Assembly (NCBI GenBank): GCA_963726455.1
Contig: CAVSCK010000005.1
Span: 224,001 to 288,000, forward strand
DNA: 64,000 bases
Source of the DNA: an uncultured bacterium
GTDB taxonomy: Bacteria > Zixibacteria > MSB-5A5 > CAIYYT01
Reading direction: 5' to 3'
This document shows, piece by piece, positions 47,319-56,531 of the stretch. The translations under genes were made by a program, and so were the position numbers. A model generated the notes under the pieces. The model was given only the letters and a program-made list of their open reading frames with translations, had not been told where the DNA came from and did no database searches. The stretch's first letter is position 1; the number at the start of each line of letters is the position of its first letter.

Positions 47319-47710
47319 ACTGAAGTCAAACAGCGTGCAGAACCGGCGAGCCAATCAGGGGTCAGCCTGCAGCAGACAGTGCACCTGCTGCGCGAAATTT
47401 CGCGGACTGCAATCAAAGTGCGCATTCACTAAGTCAATGTTATATATCGAGGTACACGTTTGGGGATGCAGCGAGAACGCAAGTTCTGCGGGTGAGGAGT
47501 TGTGAATCGCAAACCACCCGAATCCGGTTCGCCAAGTTGTTGTGGCACACGAGGTTATTGGCGCAGAAAACTCTGCCGTTCGGCACGAAGTTTGGATATC
47601 ATGGGAAAGGTGAGTGGCATTCATACCGATTTTGGTATTTCCAGACCATCTTCACGGGAAGAAGTAAATGATTCGATTGTATAAAGTTCGGCCACGATAC
47701 GGGAGGAGAT

Positions 47711-47908
47711 TTGGCAAACGTAGAGCAGGTTATTAGCTATTTATCGATCGGACTCGTCTTATTTGTCGGGATCCTGATCGTGGCGGGTTCGTTCGGTTTT
47801 ATCGAGCCGCTCTACCGAATCTTGCTGGGAATTCTGATTGTTGCGTACGCCGGTGTCCGCCTGGTAATGCTGGAATCGGCGAGAAGACGCGGGAGCAAAA
47901 AATCTTGA
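47711..47908 (+). CDS. Small two-TM membrane protein
   Basis: GGAGGAG RBS before TTG; two hydrophobic helices and a basic tail. Confidence 0.6.
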   Translation: MANVEQVISYLSIGLVLFVGILIVAGSFGFIEPLYRILLGILIVAYAGVRLVMLESARRRGSKKS

Positions 47909-47976
47909 CTGAGTGGTCGAGCAAGGATATATTGAAAATCTTTAGTCGCAACCCTGTGTGCGAACGGAGCCAATTG

Positions 47977-49792
47977 ATGAAACTCAGATTAGTGCGCTTC
48001 TTAATGGTAATTCTCGCGATTACCATGTGCGCCTCGCTCTACGCCGATACGGCTACGGACGCGCAGGCCATGATCAAGCAACGCCAGTATGACAAGGCCG
48101 TCACCTTCCTGAATGAAGCCATTCAGAAGGATCCCAGCTACGCTGACCTCTATTTCTATCTGGGCCAGGCCTACTACTTCAAGAACGATTACGCAAGCGC
48201 CAAGGAACAGTTTCAGAATTGTCTGGATCGTAAGAGAAACTACGAAGATGCCAAGGCCTATCTGGCCTTGACTTACGTCGCATTGAAAGACTATCCGAAG
48301 GCCAAGGATATCCTTGACGAGGGCGTTGCCAAGAGCAAGACTCGCAAAGGATTATTCCAGGACATTCTCGGCAAATACTACCTGGCTCAGGGACAGTTCT
48401 CGGACGCCGATTTGGCGTTCAGGAAGGCCCAGATCGAAGAACCCAATAATCTTGCCTACAAGCGCGACCTGGCAGATCTGAATTTCGAGAACAAAGTTTA
48501 CGAGGTCGCGATTCAGGGTTACAAGGAAATTCTCGCCGCCGATTCGACGGACATCCTGACGCAATATCGGTTGGCGCGAGCGCTTTATTTCCAACAGAAG
48601 TTCGGCGAGGCGATGAAATCCCTCAATACGGCAATTGCGCTGGATTCTAGTTACTGCGGACGCTTACCAATTGGCCGGCGACATCTACATGATTCTGGGA
48701 TTGGCGGCTACGAATGCGGGGACGAATGGTGATGCTGGCGAGTCAAGCAATCAGGCGCCCGATTTCTTCAAGAATGCAATCTGGATGTATGACCACATGC
48801 TGAAATTAGGCGGCAAAGAAACACTCGACGTCGATTATCGCATGGGACAGGCATACTACAACGTAAACGGATTCCCGTCCGCGGTTGAGTATCTCGATAA
48901 GGCTATTGCCACAGGCAATGCCAAGGCGAACGCCTATGCCTTGAAAGCCAAGGCGCTGTTCCGGATGAAGCAGTACGATCAGGCCGAAGCGGCGTTTAAC
49001 GACTACGAGATGAAGGTGACCAAGGGAGATCCGAACTATCAGTGGTCGGCCAGTGATTTTGACTATTTCAGAGAGCGCTCACTCACTTATTTCCAGCTCT
49101 ATTGGGAAGGCAAGCGCGAAGGCCAGGCGGATAGTACGCTTTTGGAGAAGGCCATTCCCTTTTATTTGAAGGCGATTCAGGTTAGAGATACGTCTCTGGC
49201 GCCCGATGCGACTTTGTACGATCAGTTGGGTATTGCCTATTACTACGTCAACAAGTATCAGGAGGCAATTCCCTGGTTCGAGAAGAAGGTTGCCGTCGAC
49301 ACTCTGGCAATCAAGAGTTATCAGAACCTGGGCAATTGCTATATGAAGCTGAACAATCCGGAAAAGGCGATGGAGTACTTTAACAAGGTATTGCAACTCA
49401 ATCCCAGTGCTTGTTCGATTTACATTACGATGTTCAGCTACTATCTTGGTGAACGCAAGGACAGGAAAGAAGCGGCCAATATCGCACAGAAGTGGGCACA
49501 ATGTGACTCGGCCGGATATCAGGCCTACAAGTGGCTGGGGTTCTTCGCAATCTCGGACAAGCCACCTCGGAAGGACGCCGCGATCGAATACCTATTAAAG
49601 GCATATCGGCGTATGGAGGCACAGGGCGTCGATCCTTGCAAAGAAATCGATATTACCATTTGGATAGCGCAGGCATACGACATGTATGAGGATGACGCGC
49701 ATAAGAAGCAGTCGGTGGATTGGGCCAAGAAGGGCCTGAAATGTGACCCCAACAACAAGACGCTTAAAGATATTATCGAAAACTATCAGTGA
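47977..49792 (+). CDS. Secreted multi-TPR protein; apparent +1 frameshift near 48655
   Basis: GGAG RBS, signal peptide, continuous TPR repeats across ORFs 47905-48732 and 48635-49792. Removing one T from agttactgcggac gives SY-ADAY. Confidence 0.82.
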
Positions 49793-49813
49793 TGAATTAA
49801 GAGGTGACGCTAG

Positions 49814-50506
49814 ATGGCGGATGAAAAACAGGTTAATCCCGAGGAGCGATATCGATATATCGGTTTCGAGGTCTTCGGCGACAAACCTCAGAAATTTTGG
49901 CAGAACGACGATGAGCGAAAGAGCTACATCCAGCGGGTCAAAGCTGAGATCGGCTCGCTCTATCGCAATTCGGTCGTTTATGCATCGGTAATCAGTCGCA
50001 CCGATCGGATATTCATTATCATTGCCAGCGCGCTGATGATCCTGGCGCCGTTCTTCCCCTGGATGAGCGTCAAGACGCTCTACGGTTCGGAATCCTTTCT
50101 GGGGATCACCGGTCTGTTCAGCATGGGCGGGTTCTGGTTTTATGTCTCCAAAATGGGAGGCATGATAGTACCTCTGTCCCTGTATCTGCTGGCGCTGCTG
50201 GCCTACCTGTCGCTGGTATTCGGTGTCTGGACGCTGTTGACGGTGTTCAGCAAGGCGCCGTCGCAAGAAGCCTACCTGGCAAAGCTCAAGAAGGTGCTGC
50301 GCCTCAACATGATTCCGGCAATCGTGTTCCTGCTGATCGTGCTGTTAGGGCTGATCGGCCAGCGGATTCCCTTCGGTCCCTATCTGGGCATCGACGGATT
50401 GGGCGGCCATTACTCGATCGTTACCCTGATTCAGTTTTCCAGCATCGGGCTGTGGATGTCGTTCTTTGGTTTCATGCTGAATTTCAACAAGTCGAAAGAA
50501 TTCTAG
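49814..50506 (+). CDS. Hypothetical multi-pass membrane protein
   Basis: GAGGTG RBS; about four hydrophobic segments; lies between the TPR gene and exbB. Confidence 0.75.
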   Translation: MADEKQVNPEERYRYIGFEVFGDKPQKFWQNDDERKSYIQRVKAEIGSLYRNSVVYASVISRTDRIFIIIASALMILAPFFPWMSVKTLYGSESFLGITGLFSMGGFWFYVSKMGGMIVPLSLYLLALLAYLSLVFGVWTLLTVFSKAPSQEAYLAKLKKVLRLNMIPAIVFLLIVLLGLIGQRIPFGPYLGIDGLGGHYSIVTLIQFSSIGLWMSFFGFMLNFNKSKEF

Positions 50507-50562
50507 CATTAGTTTGGAAATAAATTCTTTGATCTATAACAGAAACTCGGAGGATTGATTCG

Positions 50563-51318
50563 GTGAAACAGTCGATTTTCATTACCGTGATTACGATTAC
50601 AGCGATCGTGCTGGGATATGTGATCTGGATGTTATTGGGCAGCCAGCCGGTAGGCACGATTACGCACTCGGTACACCAGGGTGGGCCGCTGGTAGTCATC
50701 CTGATTGCCGTTCTCTTCATGCTGTTGTGTTTCGTGGTTGAGCGCTTCCTGTCGTTGCGCGTCGCCAAGGGCACGGCCTCGGTACAGGTTTTCTTCAAAA
50801 GCTTAATTGAGATGCTGAGAAACCGTGACTATGAAGGCGCTTTGGCCGCCTGCGACAAGCAAAGAGGCACCACCGCCAACGTGCTGCGCGCCGGTATCGA
50901 ACGCTATGTGACCGTGAAGGACAACAAGGCCCTTGACGGCGACAAGAAGATTTCGCTGGTACAGGCCGCCATTGAGGAAGCCAACGCGCTGGAAGGACCG
51001 CTATTGGAGCGCAACCTGATCGCCATGTCAACGATCGCTTCGATCGCCACCATGATCGGTCTGCTGGGTACCACGATCGGTATGATTCGTGCGTTCGCCG
51101 CAACCGGTTCGGCTGCCGGCGGCGTGATTGACGCCACCCAGCTTGCGACCGGTATTTCCGAGGCATTGGTGAATACCGCAGGCGGACTGATCTCCGGTAT
51201 TCTGGGTATCTTCTTCTATAACTTCTTCGTCAACAAGGTCGACGCCTTCAACTACACGACAGACGAAGCTGTTTACGAAGTCATCCAGCTCTTCAAGGAG
51301 CAGGGAGGCGCTGCCTAA
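50563..51318 (+). CDS. exbB: MotA/TolQ/ExbB proton-channel protein
   Basis: ATMIGLLGTTIGMIRAF...GISEALVNTA.G. Confidence 0.92.
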   Translation: MKQSIFITVITITAIVLGYVIWMLLGSQPVGTITHSVHQGGPLVVILIAVLFMLLCFVVERFLSLRVAKGTASVQVFFKSLIEMLRNRDYEGALAACDKQRGTTANVLRAGIERYVTVKDNKALDGDKKISLVQAAIEEANALEGPLLERNLIAMSTIASIATMIGLLGTTIGMIRAFAATGSAAGGVIDATQLATGISEALVNTAGGLISGILGIFFYNFFVNKVDAFNYTTDEAVYEVIQLFKEQGGAA

Positions 51319-51795
51319 ATGGCAAACATCAAGAAGAAACGGCGGATAGCCATCCGGATCGATATGACGCCGATGGTCGACATCGCCTTTCTGCTGTTGA
51401 TTTTCTACATGTCGACCACGCAATTCAAGCCGCCGGAGGCCAAATCCGTGAGACTGCCATCCTCGCACTCGCAGATTCAGCTGCCGGAAAAGGACAAAAT
51501 CGTAGTTACCGTTACGCCGGATGATTCGGTCTTCGTAGATTATATTGAAAGAGTCGAAAAAGAGGTTGAGGGCAGGACAATTTCGACCCTTGAGAGAGTC
51601 TACGTGGAAACCACGCCTGAGGCGGTGGGTAATGAGATCAACAAGATTCGAGCGCACAACCTCAGAGCGTTGGTAGTAATAAAGGCCGACAAAGACGTGA
51701 AGTACGGTACCATGGAAAAGATAATGAACACCATGGTGGAATCTAACCTGGCTCGATTTCAGATCGTCACTGAGCTGAAATCGGAGCGGCTGTGA
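51319..51795 (+). CDS. exbD: ExbD/TolR protein (1)
   Basis: IDMTPMVDIAFLLLIFYM; IKADKDVKYG. Confidence 0.92.
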   Translation: MANIKKKRRIAIRIDMTPMVDIAFLLLIFYMSTTQFKPPEAKSVRLPSSHSQIQLPEKDKIVVTVTPDDSVFVDYIERVEKEVEGRTISTLERVYVETTPEAVGNEINKIRAHNLRALVVIKADKDVKYGTMEKIMNTMVESNLARFQIVTELKSERL

Positions 51796-51809
51796 GGAGG
51801 TGATCGTCC

Positions 51810-52430
51810 GTGGCTGATATACAAATGAAAGAAAAATCCGGCGGGAAGAAGGGCTTACGTCGTCCAAAGCGCCGCGTCGGTATTCGTATCGACATGACTC
51901 CCATGGTCGACATCGCTTTCCTGCTCCTGATCTTCTACATGGTGACCACGATTTTCGCGGCGCCACAGGCGATGGAAATCAACCTGCCACCCAAGCAGGA
52001 AGACTCATTGCCAGCTGAAAAGGTTAAGGAAAGTAATCTTCTGAGCGTCTTTGTGGACAAGGCCGGAGACTTCTATTACACCATTGGCAACGAGTTGAAG
52101 TCAACCCAGAACATTAAGATTCCCTGGCGGATACCTGCCGATTCGATCCGCGATCTGTTCATGAGATACAACTGGGCACGGCCGAAGCTCAACACGCTGT
52201 TTATCATCCATCCGCAAGCCAAGTATTCGCGGATGGTGGACTTGCTGGATGAAACTGAAGTTGTAGAGGCATTGCTTCGAACTAACCAGGATTTCCTGAA
52301 AGCATATTTGGCGGAAAACAAAGATGCCAAAACGTTCAGTTACCGATATGCGCTACGCCCGTGGGGTGCAAGGGATGACAAGACGTTTGAGAAAGTTTAC
52401 AATCCCGGGGCAGGAGGTTTATCGCCATGA
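51810..52430 (+). CDS. exbD: ExbD/TolR protein (2)
   Basis: IDMTPMVDIAFLLLIFYM; AKYSRMVDLLDE. Confidence 0.9.
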   Translation: MADIQMKEKSGGKKGLRRPKRRVGIRIDMTPMVDIAFLLLIFYMVTTIFAAPQAMEINLPPKQEDSLPAEKVKESNLLSVFVDKAGDFYYTIGNELKSTQNIKIPWRIPADSIRDLFMRYNWARPKLNTLFIIHPQAKYSRMVDLLDETEVVEALLRTNQDFLKAYLAENKDAKTFSYRYALRPWGARDDKTFEKVYNPGAGGLSP

Positions 52431-53167
52431 CAGCAATAAGTCATTCGGTTAGATGGTCTCCGATCGGCGCCATTGAACTTAAGCGTACCTATCAGCGGAA
52501 TTTCCGTAACGCCACGTTCCTGGTGCTGGCGGCCTGGGCTGCGGTTATTCTTCTCGTAGTCATCGTAAGATTGATTATGGGCAGTGACACCGCCAACATT
52601 CCGACTCTGGTAATTCGAGACATTTCGCAACTGGGTCCGCCGCCGTCGGTAGCATCGAAGCCGGCACAGGTGAAGGTCACGCAGGAAATTGCGGCGCCGA
52701 AGTTTTCGCTGCCGGAAGCCGTTCCTGACGAGGAAGTCACCGAGGATTACACCGTGGTTTCGCAGGAGCAGTTGGCGGAGATGACAGCCCCTGCGGTCGG
52801 CGAAGGCGAAGGTGCAGGCGGCAATGTCAGAGTTGACATTCCTCTGGAAGAGTACTTGCCACAGCCGGACGAATTTGTCGCCGTCGAAGAACAGCCGGTT
52901 GCCATTCAACTTCCGGTTGCGAAGTATCCAGAGATGGCTAGAAAAGCCGGAATCGAGGGCAATGTTTGGGTGAAGGTACTGGTTGACAAGACCGGTAACG
53001 TGCGCGACGCTGTCATAGTCAAAGAGTCCGGTGCTAGCGCCGGATTTGAAGAGGCCGCATTGGAGGCAGCGAAGCAGGGTAAGTGGAAACCGGCGATGCA
53101 GAACAAGCAGCCGGTCGCAGTCTGGGTCTCCTACGAGGTCAAGTTCCAGCTAGGAAAATCGAGGTAA
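52427..53167 (+). CDS. tonB: Energy transducer TonB (1)
   Basis: GAIELKRTY N-terminus, TM, Pro-rich linker, YPEMARKAGIEG.V.V.VLVDKTG...WKPA C-terminal domain. Confidence 0.9.
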   Translation: MTAISHSVRWSPIGAIELKRTYQRNFRNATFLVLAAWAAVILLVVIVRLIMGSDTANIPTLVIRDISQLGPPPSVASKPAQVKVTQEIAAPKFSLPEAVPDEEVTEDYTVVSQEQLAEMTAPAVGEGEGAGGNVRVDIPLEEYLPQPDEFVAVEEQPVAIQLPVAKYPEMARKAGIEGNVWVKVLVDKTGNVRDAVIVKESGASAGFEEAALEAAKQGKWKPAMQNKQPVAVWVSYEVKFQLGKSR

Positions 53168-53173
53168 TCATCG

Positions 53174-53203
53174 AAAAGGCCGACGAAAGTCGGCCTTTTT
53201 TTT
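53174..53203 (+). terminator. Intrinsic terminator of the exbBDD-tonB operon
   Basis: AAAAGGCCGAC-GAAA-GTCGGCCTTTTTTTT. Confidence 0.9.
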
Positions 53204-53484
53204 GTTGCGTGTTCCCCCACATCTCACGATCCCCCATCGGCAGTAGGATAAGCATTCTTGCTTGTCCCTGTTCGATGCTGTCACTTGAACGGATGGGTGA
53301 AAGGACAAACAGGAATGTTCGTCCTGATAAAGAAAAACGCCTACAAGGCGCTGCACCACGGGAATATTGTCTTTGAAAAGCGGTATGTCCTCTGGATGAG
53401 GAAAACGTTCTCATTCGCAGTAAGGACGGGCGGCAAACCAGCATACAGGTGCTGTACACGCCGTTTGGGAAGGAGGAACAAGAA

Positions 53485-54240
53485 ATGACCAATGTTTATG
53501 CGCAGACTGCTGTCTATGCTCATCGAGCATGGTCGCCGATCGGTGCGATCGAGTTGAAGAGCAAGTACCACGCGAATATGGGGAAAGCGGTTGTTGCTGT
53601 GATCGTCCTGTTTGGAGCAGTGATCGGCGGAGTGGCGTTGGCGAAAATGCTTATGGAACCAGTGCCGACGGATGGAATCCAATCCGTGGACTACGTATAC
53701 GAGATTGCAGATCTGGGACCGCCACCATCGTTGACAGAAGAACCGCCGCAGATTTCAATTACGCAGGAAATACAGAAGCCGATATTCACGATTCCGGTGC
53801 CGGTGCCGGACAACGAAGTGAGCGTTGAATACAAACTGCCGTCTCATGAAGAACTAGCCACCTATAATCCCGGCAAGATCGACCTGAATGGCGACCTGAG
53901 CGGCATCGCGATCCGGATTCAGCCGGACACTGAGATCATGGAGCCGACAATAGTGTTCGTGCCATTCGACGAGAAGCCGATTTCTGTCAAAATGGTGACC
54001 CCTAAGTATCCCCAGATGGCGCGGACCACACAACTTGAAGGGACAGTGACGCTTAACATACATATCGACACCAAAGGCACTGTGGACCAGGCGCTTGTTT
54101 CAAGCTGCACAACCCCAAATGTCGGATTCGAGGAAGCGGCTATACAATCTGCTCTACAGGGCAAGTGGAGACCTGCCATGCAGAACAAACAGCCGGTGGC
54201 GGTATGGGTTTCGTATCCAGTAGTGTTCAGATTGAAGTGA
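53485..54240 (+). CDS. tonB: Energy transducer TonB (2), full length
   Basis: AAGGAGG RBS; shares WSPIGAIELK, LGPPPS and PAMQNKQPVAVWVSY with TonB1. Confidence 0.88.
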   Translation: MTNVYAQTAVYAHRAWSPIGAIELKSKYHANMGKAVVAVIVLFGAVIGGVALAKMLMEPVPTDGIQSVDYVYEIADLGPPPSLTEEPPQISITQEIQKPIFTIPVPVPDNEVSVEYKLPSHEELATYNPGKIDLNGDLSGIAIRIQPDTEIMEPTIVFVPFDEKPISVKMVTPKYPQMARTTQLEGTVTLNIHIDTKGTVDQALVSSCTTPNVGFEEAAIQSALQGKWRPAMQNKQPVAVWVSYPVVFRLK

Positions 54241-54428
54241 CTCCACGTGAGGCAAATTGATCGGGAAGCATATAGAATGCCCAATGAAATCAAAGAATTT
54301 TCGAAGTTATTGTGGACACAACCGTTGACGACGTATATACTGTGAGTGGACCTTGCGTCCCGGTTCCCCGCCGGGATGAGCCCACAGGTCCGAACGGCAT
54401 CCTATATTGATGGATCAAGGAGGCAAGC

Positions 54429-54890
54429 ATGGCTAACCAGCTTTTGCGTCTGCTTTTCGCCGCAGCAGTGACAGCGGCATTATTGGTCACTTTCTCGATC
54501 GGTACTCAGAATTCGGCGTGGGCGGGAACCAGTTTGACAGTGGCTGAGAATACCGGCAACGACACGGCGAAGGTCGTTGACAAGAAGTTACCCTCGCCCG
54601 ATGATTTCATCGCCTACGAGACCGCACCGGTTAAGTTGAATGAGCCGGTAGCAGCGTACCCGGACTCGGCGATGAAGGCCGGAATCGAAGGCCGAGTATG
54701 GGTGAAGGTCCTGATCGACAAACAGGGCACCGTCAGGGACGCCCTGATCGTCAAGGATTCCGGCAAGAAGGTCGGTTTCGAAGAATCAGCGTTGACTGCA
54801 GCGAAACAGGCGACGTGGAAACCGGCTACGCAGAAGGGCGAGCCCATCGCGGTATGGGTGTCATACGAGGTGAAGTTCGCGCTGAAGTAG
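54429..54890 (+). CDS. TonB C-terminal-domain protein (3) with signal peptide
   Basis: AAGGAGG RBS; signal ending AWA; YPDSAMKAGIEGRVWVKVLID..G...WKPA. Confidence 0.85.
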   Translation: MANQLLRLLFAAAVTAALLVTFSIGTQNSAWAGTSLTVAENTGNDTAKVVDKKLPSPDDFIAYETAPVKLNEPVAAYPDSAMKAGIEGRVWVKVLIDKQGTVRDALIVKDSGKKVGFEESALTAAKQATWKPATQKGEPIAVWVSYEVKFALK

Positions 54891-54979
54891 CTCGTTCGAT
54901 TCTTCCTGCGATCGAACTTGCTATTCGTGACATCAGTTAGCATTTTGCCTCTGATACGTTACCGTTTGAGAGGGACAGA

Positions 54980-55444
54980 ATGCTTATACTTCGAACTGCC
55001 GTCATGGTAGTCGCCGGCACTTGCTGCTTATTGATGGGTTGTGCCGCGAGTTCAACATCAAACTCGACCGGCACGACCCTTACAGCTAAAGCCACAGTCA
55101 ATTCACCCCAATCGTCGACCAGCTCCCCGAGTCCCGATTCCGGCCTGTCAAATTCTGATAGCGTGCAGGTCGTAGATGAGATGCCGGCCTTCCTCTATGG
55201 GCCACGCCCTCATTACCCGGAGATCGCAAAGAGAAAGAAGGTTGAGGGTTCAGTCTGGGTCAAGGTTCTGGTCGGGAAGGACGGCAGGGTTCACAAAGCA
55301 GTCGTTTCCAAGCCGTCGAATACGGGAGTAGGATTTGAGGATGCGGCCCTGCAGGCGGCCAGACAGGGGACTTGGAATCCGGCTACGTTGAAGAGCAAGT
55401 ATGTTGACGCGTGGGTAACATACGAGATCAAATTCGAGCTCTAG
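54980..55444 (+). CDS. TonB C-terminal-domain lipoprotein (4)
   Basis: Lipobox LMG|C; Ser/Thr linker; YPEIAKRKKVEGSVWVKVLV..DG. Confidence 0.82.
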   Translation: MLILRTAVMVVAGTCCLLMGCAASSTSNSTGTTLTAKATVNSPQSSTSSPSPDSGLSNSDSVQVVDEMPAFLYGPRPHYPEIAKRKKVEGSVWVKVLVGKDGRVHKAVVSKPSNTGVGFEDAALQAARQGTWNPATLKSKYVDAWVTYEIKFEL

Positions 55445-55646
55445 AAGTTTGAAATTTAGCTTGACGCGTTATTTAGTGTATGCTATCTTATTATGGTTCT
55501 GAAGATTCGTTTGACACTCGATCCGGAATGACAGCCAACGGTTTTGATGTGTCGGCCCAGTCTGCCTGAGTCGACTCCATGGCGCATAGGCCCGTTTTTG
55601 TGAGGTTATGGCCTGTGTTGGATCGTAGTGAGAGGAGGAGAAGGCG

Positions 55647-56159
55647 ATGAAATTGGATGTTGCTTCGAACCTGCTAGTGGCGTTCGCGGTTGGCATTCTG
55701 TTGGCCTTCGCGATTTCATTTCTGCCGACGCATTCTGCTTATGCCGGTGAGGTCTACGCGGCCGGTCTGAGCGGCGGCAAAACCAAACCCCTGGTCGACA
55801 TCGAGAACAAAGTTGTTGCTCCGCCCAAGGAACGGCCCATCAAGGAAGCGCCGTTGGCGTCAACCAAGCCGGGACAGAACGACAGTTCACGCGCTATCGA
55901 AGATGCCGACAATTATCAGCTTTACATTGAGCCGGCTTATCCTCGTAAGGCGCGGTTGGCGATGAAGCAGGGTCAAGTCGACGTGCAGATCACGTTCGAC
56001 AAGGAAGGCAAGATGAAGGATGCTCGTGTCGTGCACTGTTCGACCCCGGGATGGGGATTTGAGCAGGCGGTGCTGGCTGCATCGCTGGAAGCGCGTCTTA
56101 ACGGTCATCCCGATCGCGAGGTCACAGTAAAGGCCACGTTGAAATTCCAGCTCGAATAG
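55647..56159 (+). CDS. TonB C-terminal-domain protein (5), divergent
   Basis: AGGAG RBS; signal ending AYA; PAYPRKARLAMKQGQV.V....D..G. Confidence 0.8.
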   Translation: MKLDVASNLLVAFAVGILLAFAISFLPTHSAYAGEVYAAGLSGGKTKPLVDIENKVVAPPKERPIKEAPLASTKPGQNDSSRAIEDADNYQLYIEPAYPRKARLAMKQGQVDVQITFDKEGKMKDARVVHCSTPGWGFEQAVLAASLEARLNGHPDREVTVKATLKFQLE

Positions 56160-56278
56160 CAGCGGGACACAAGTCCGTCCCCTCAACCATCCCTCTAACG
56201 CTCGCAGGCAGCGTTAATCGAGCATTATAATTCCTGCCATAGCTGTGGCGCTATCGGTGTTGCACTTGCTATGGGAAT

Positions 56279-56335
56279 AGATTGCTTCGTTGCCGCTATC
56301 ACGACTCCCACTTTCCTCATGCTCCTCGCATTGAC
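56279..56335 (-). repeat. CGTC-family REP-like element (copy 2)
   Basis: AGATTGCTTCGT...GCTCCTCGCATTGAC ends match those of 10521-10579. Confidence 0.72.
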
Positions 56336-56531
56336 TAGCTCAACCAACCAGAACAACCTTTCCAAACATTGCTGCCAGTCTGCATAAGACGGCGGTCACT
56401 TTTGCCGCAGAATGATCGCAACAAACCAGTGGACAAACAGGGAAATCGGGTGCATTTTTGGCGCGTATAACCCTAGAGGTTACGGAGAATAATGAATTGA
56501 TAATTTTTCTGTAGATTGCGAGGAGGAAAGA

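Noticed and set aside
47581-47596. Sigma-54 promoter CGGCACGAAGTTTGGA
   Set aside because: The -12 dinucleotide is GG, not GC, so it is not called as a feature.
53204-55646. Cobalamin riboswitch or Fur box at the tonB genes; hammerhead-like ATGAG...CGAA near 54375
   Set aside because: No B12-box (GGGAA...GCCACUG), no GATAATGATAATCATTATC-like site and no CUGANGA/GAAA core.
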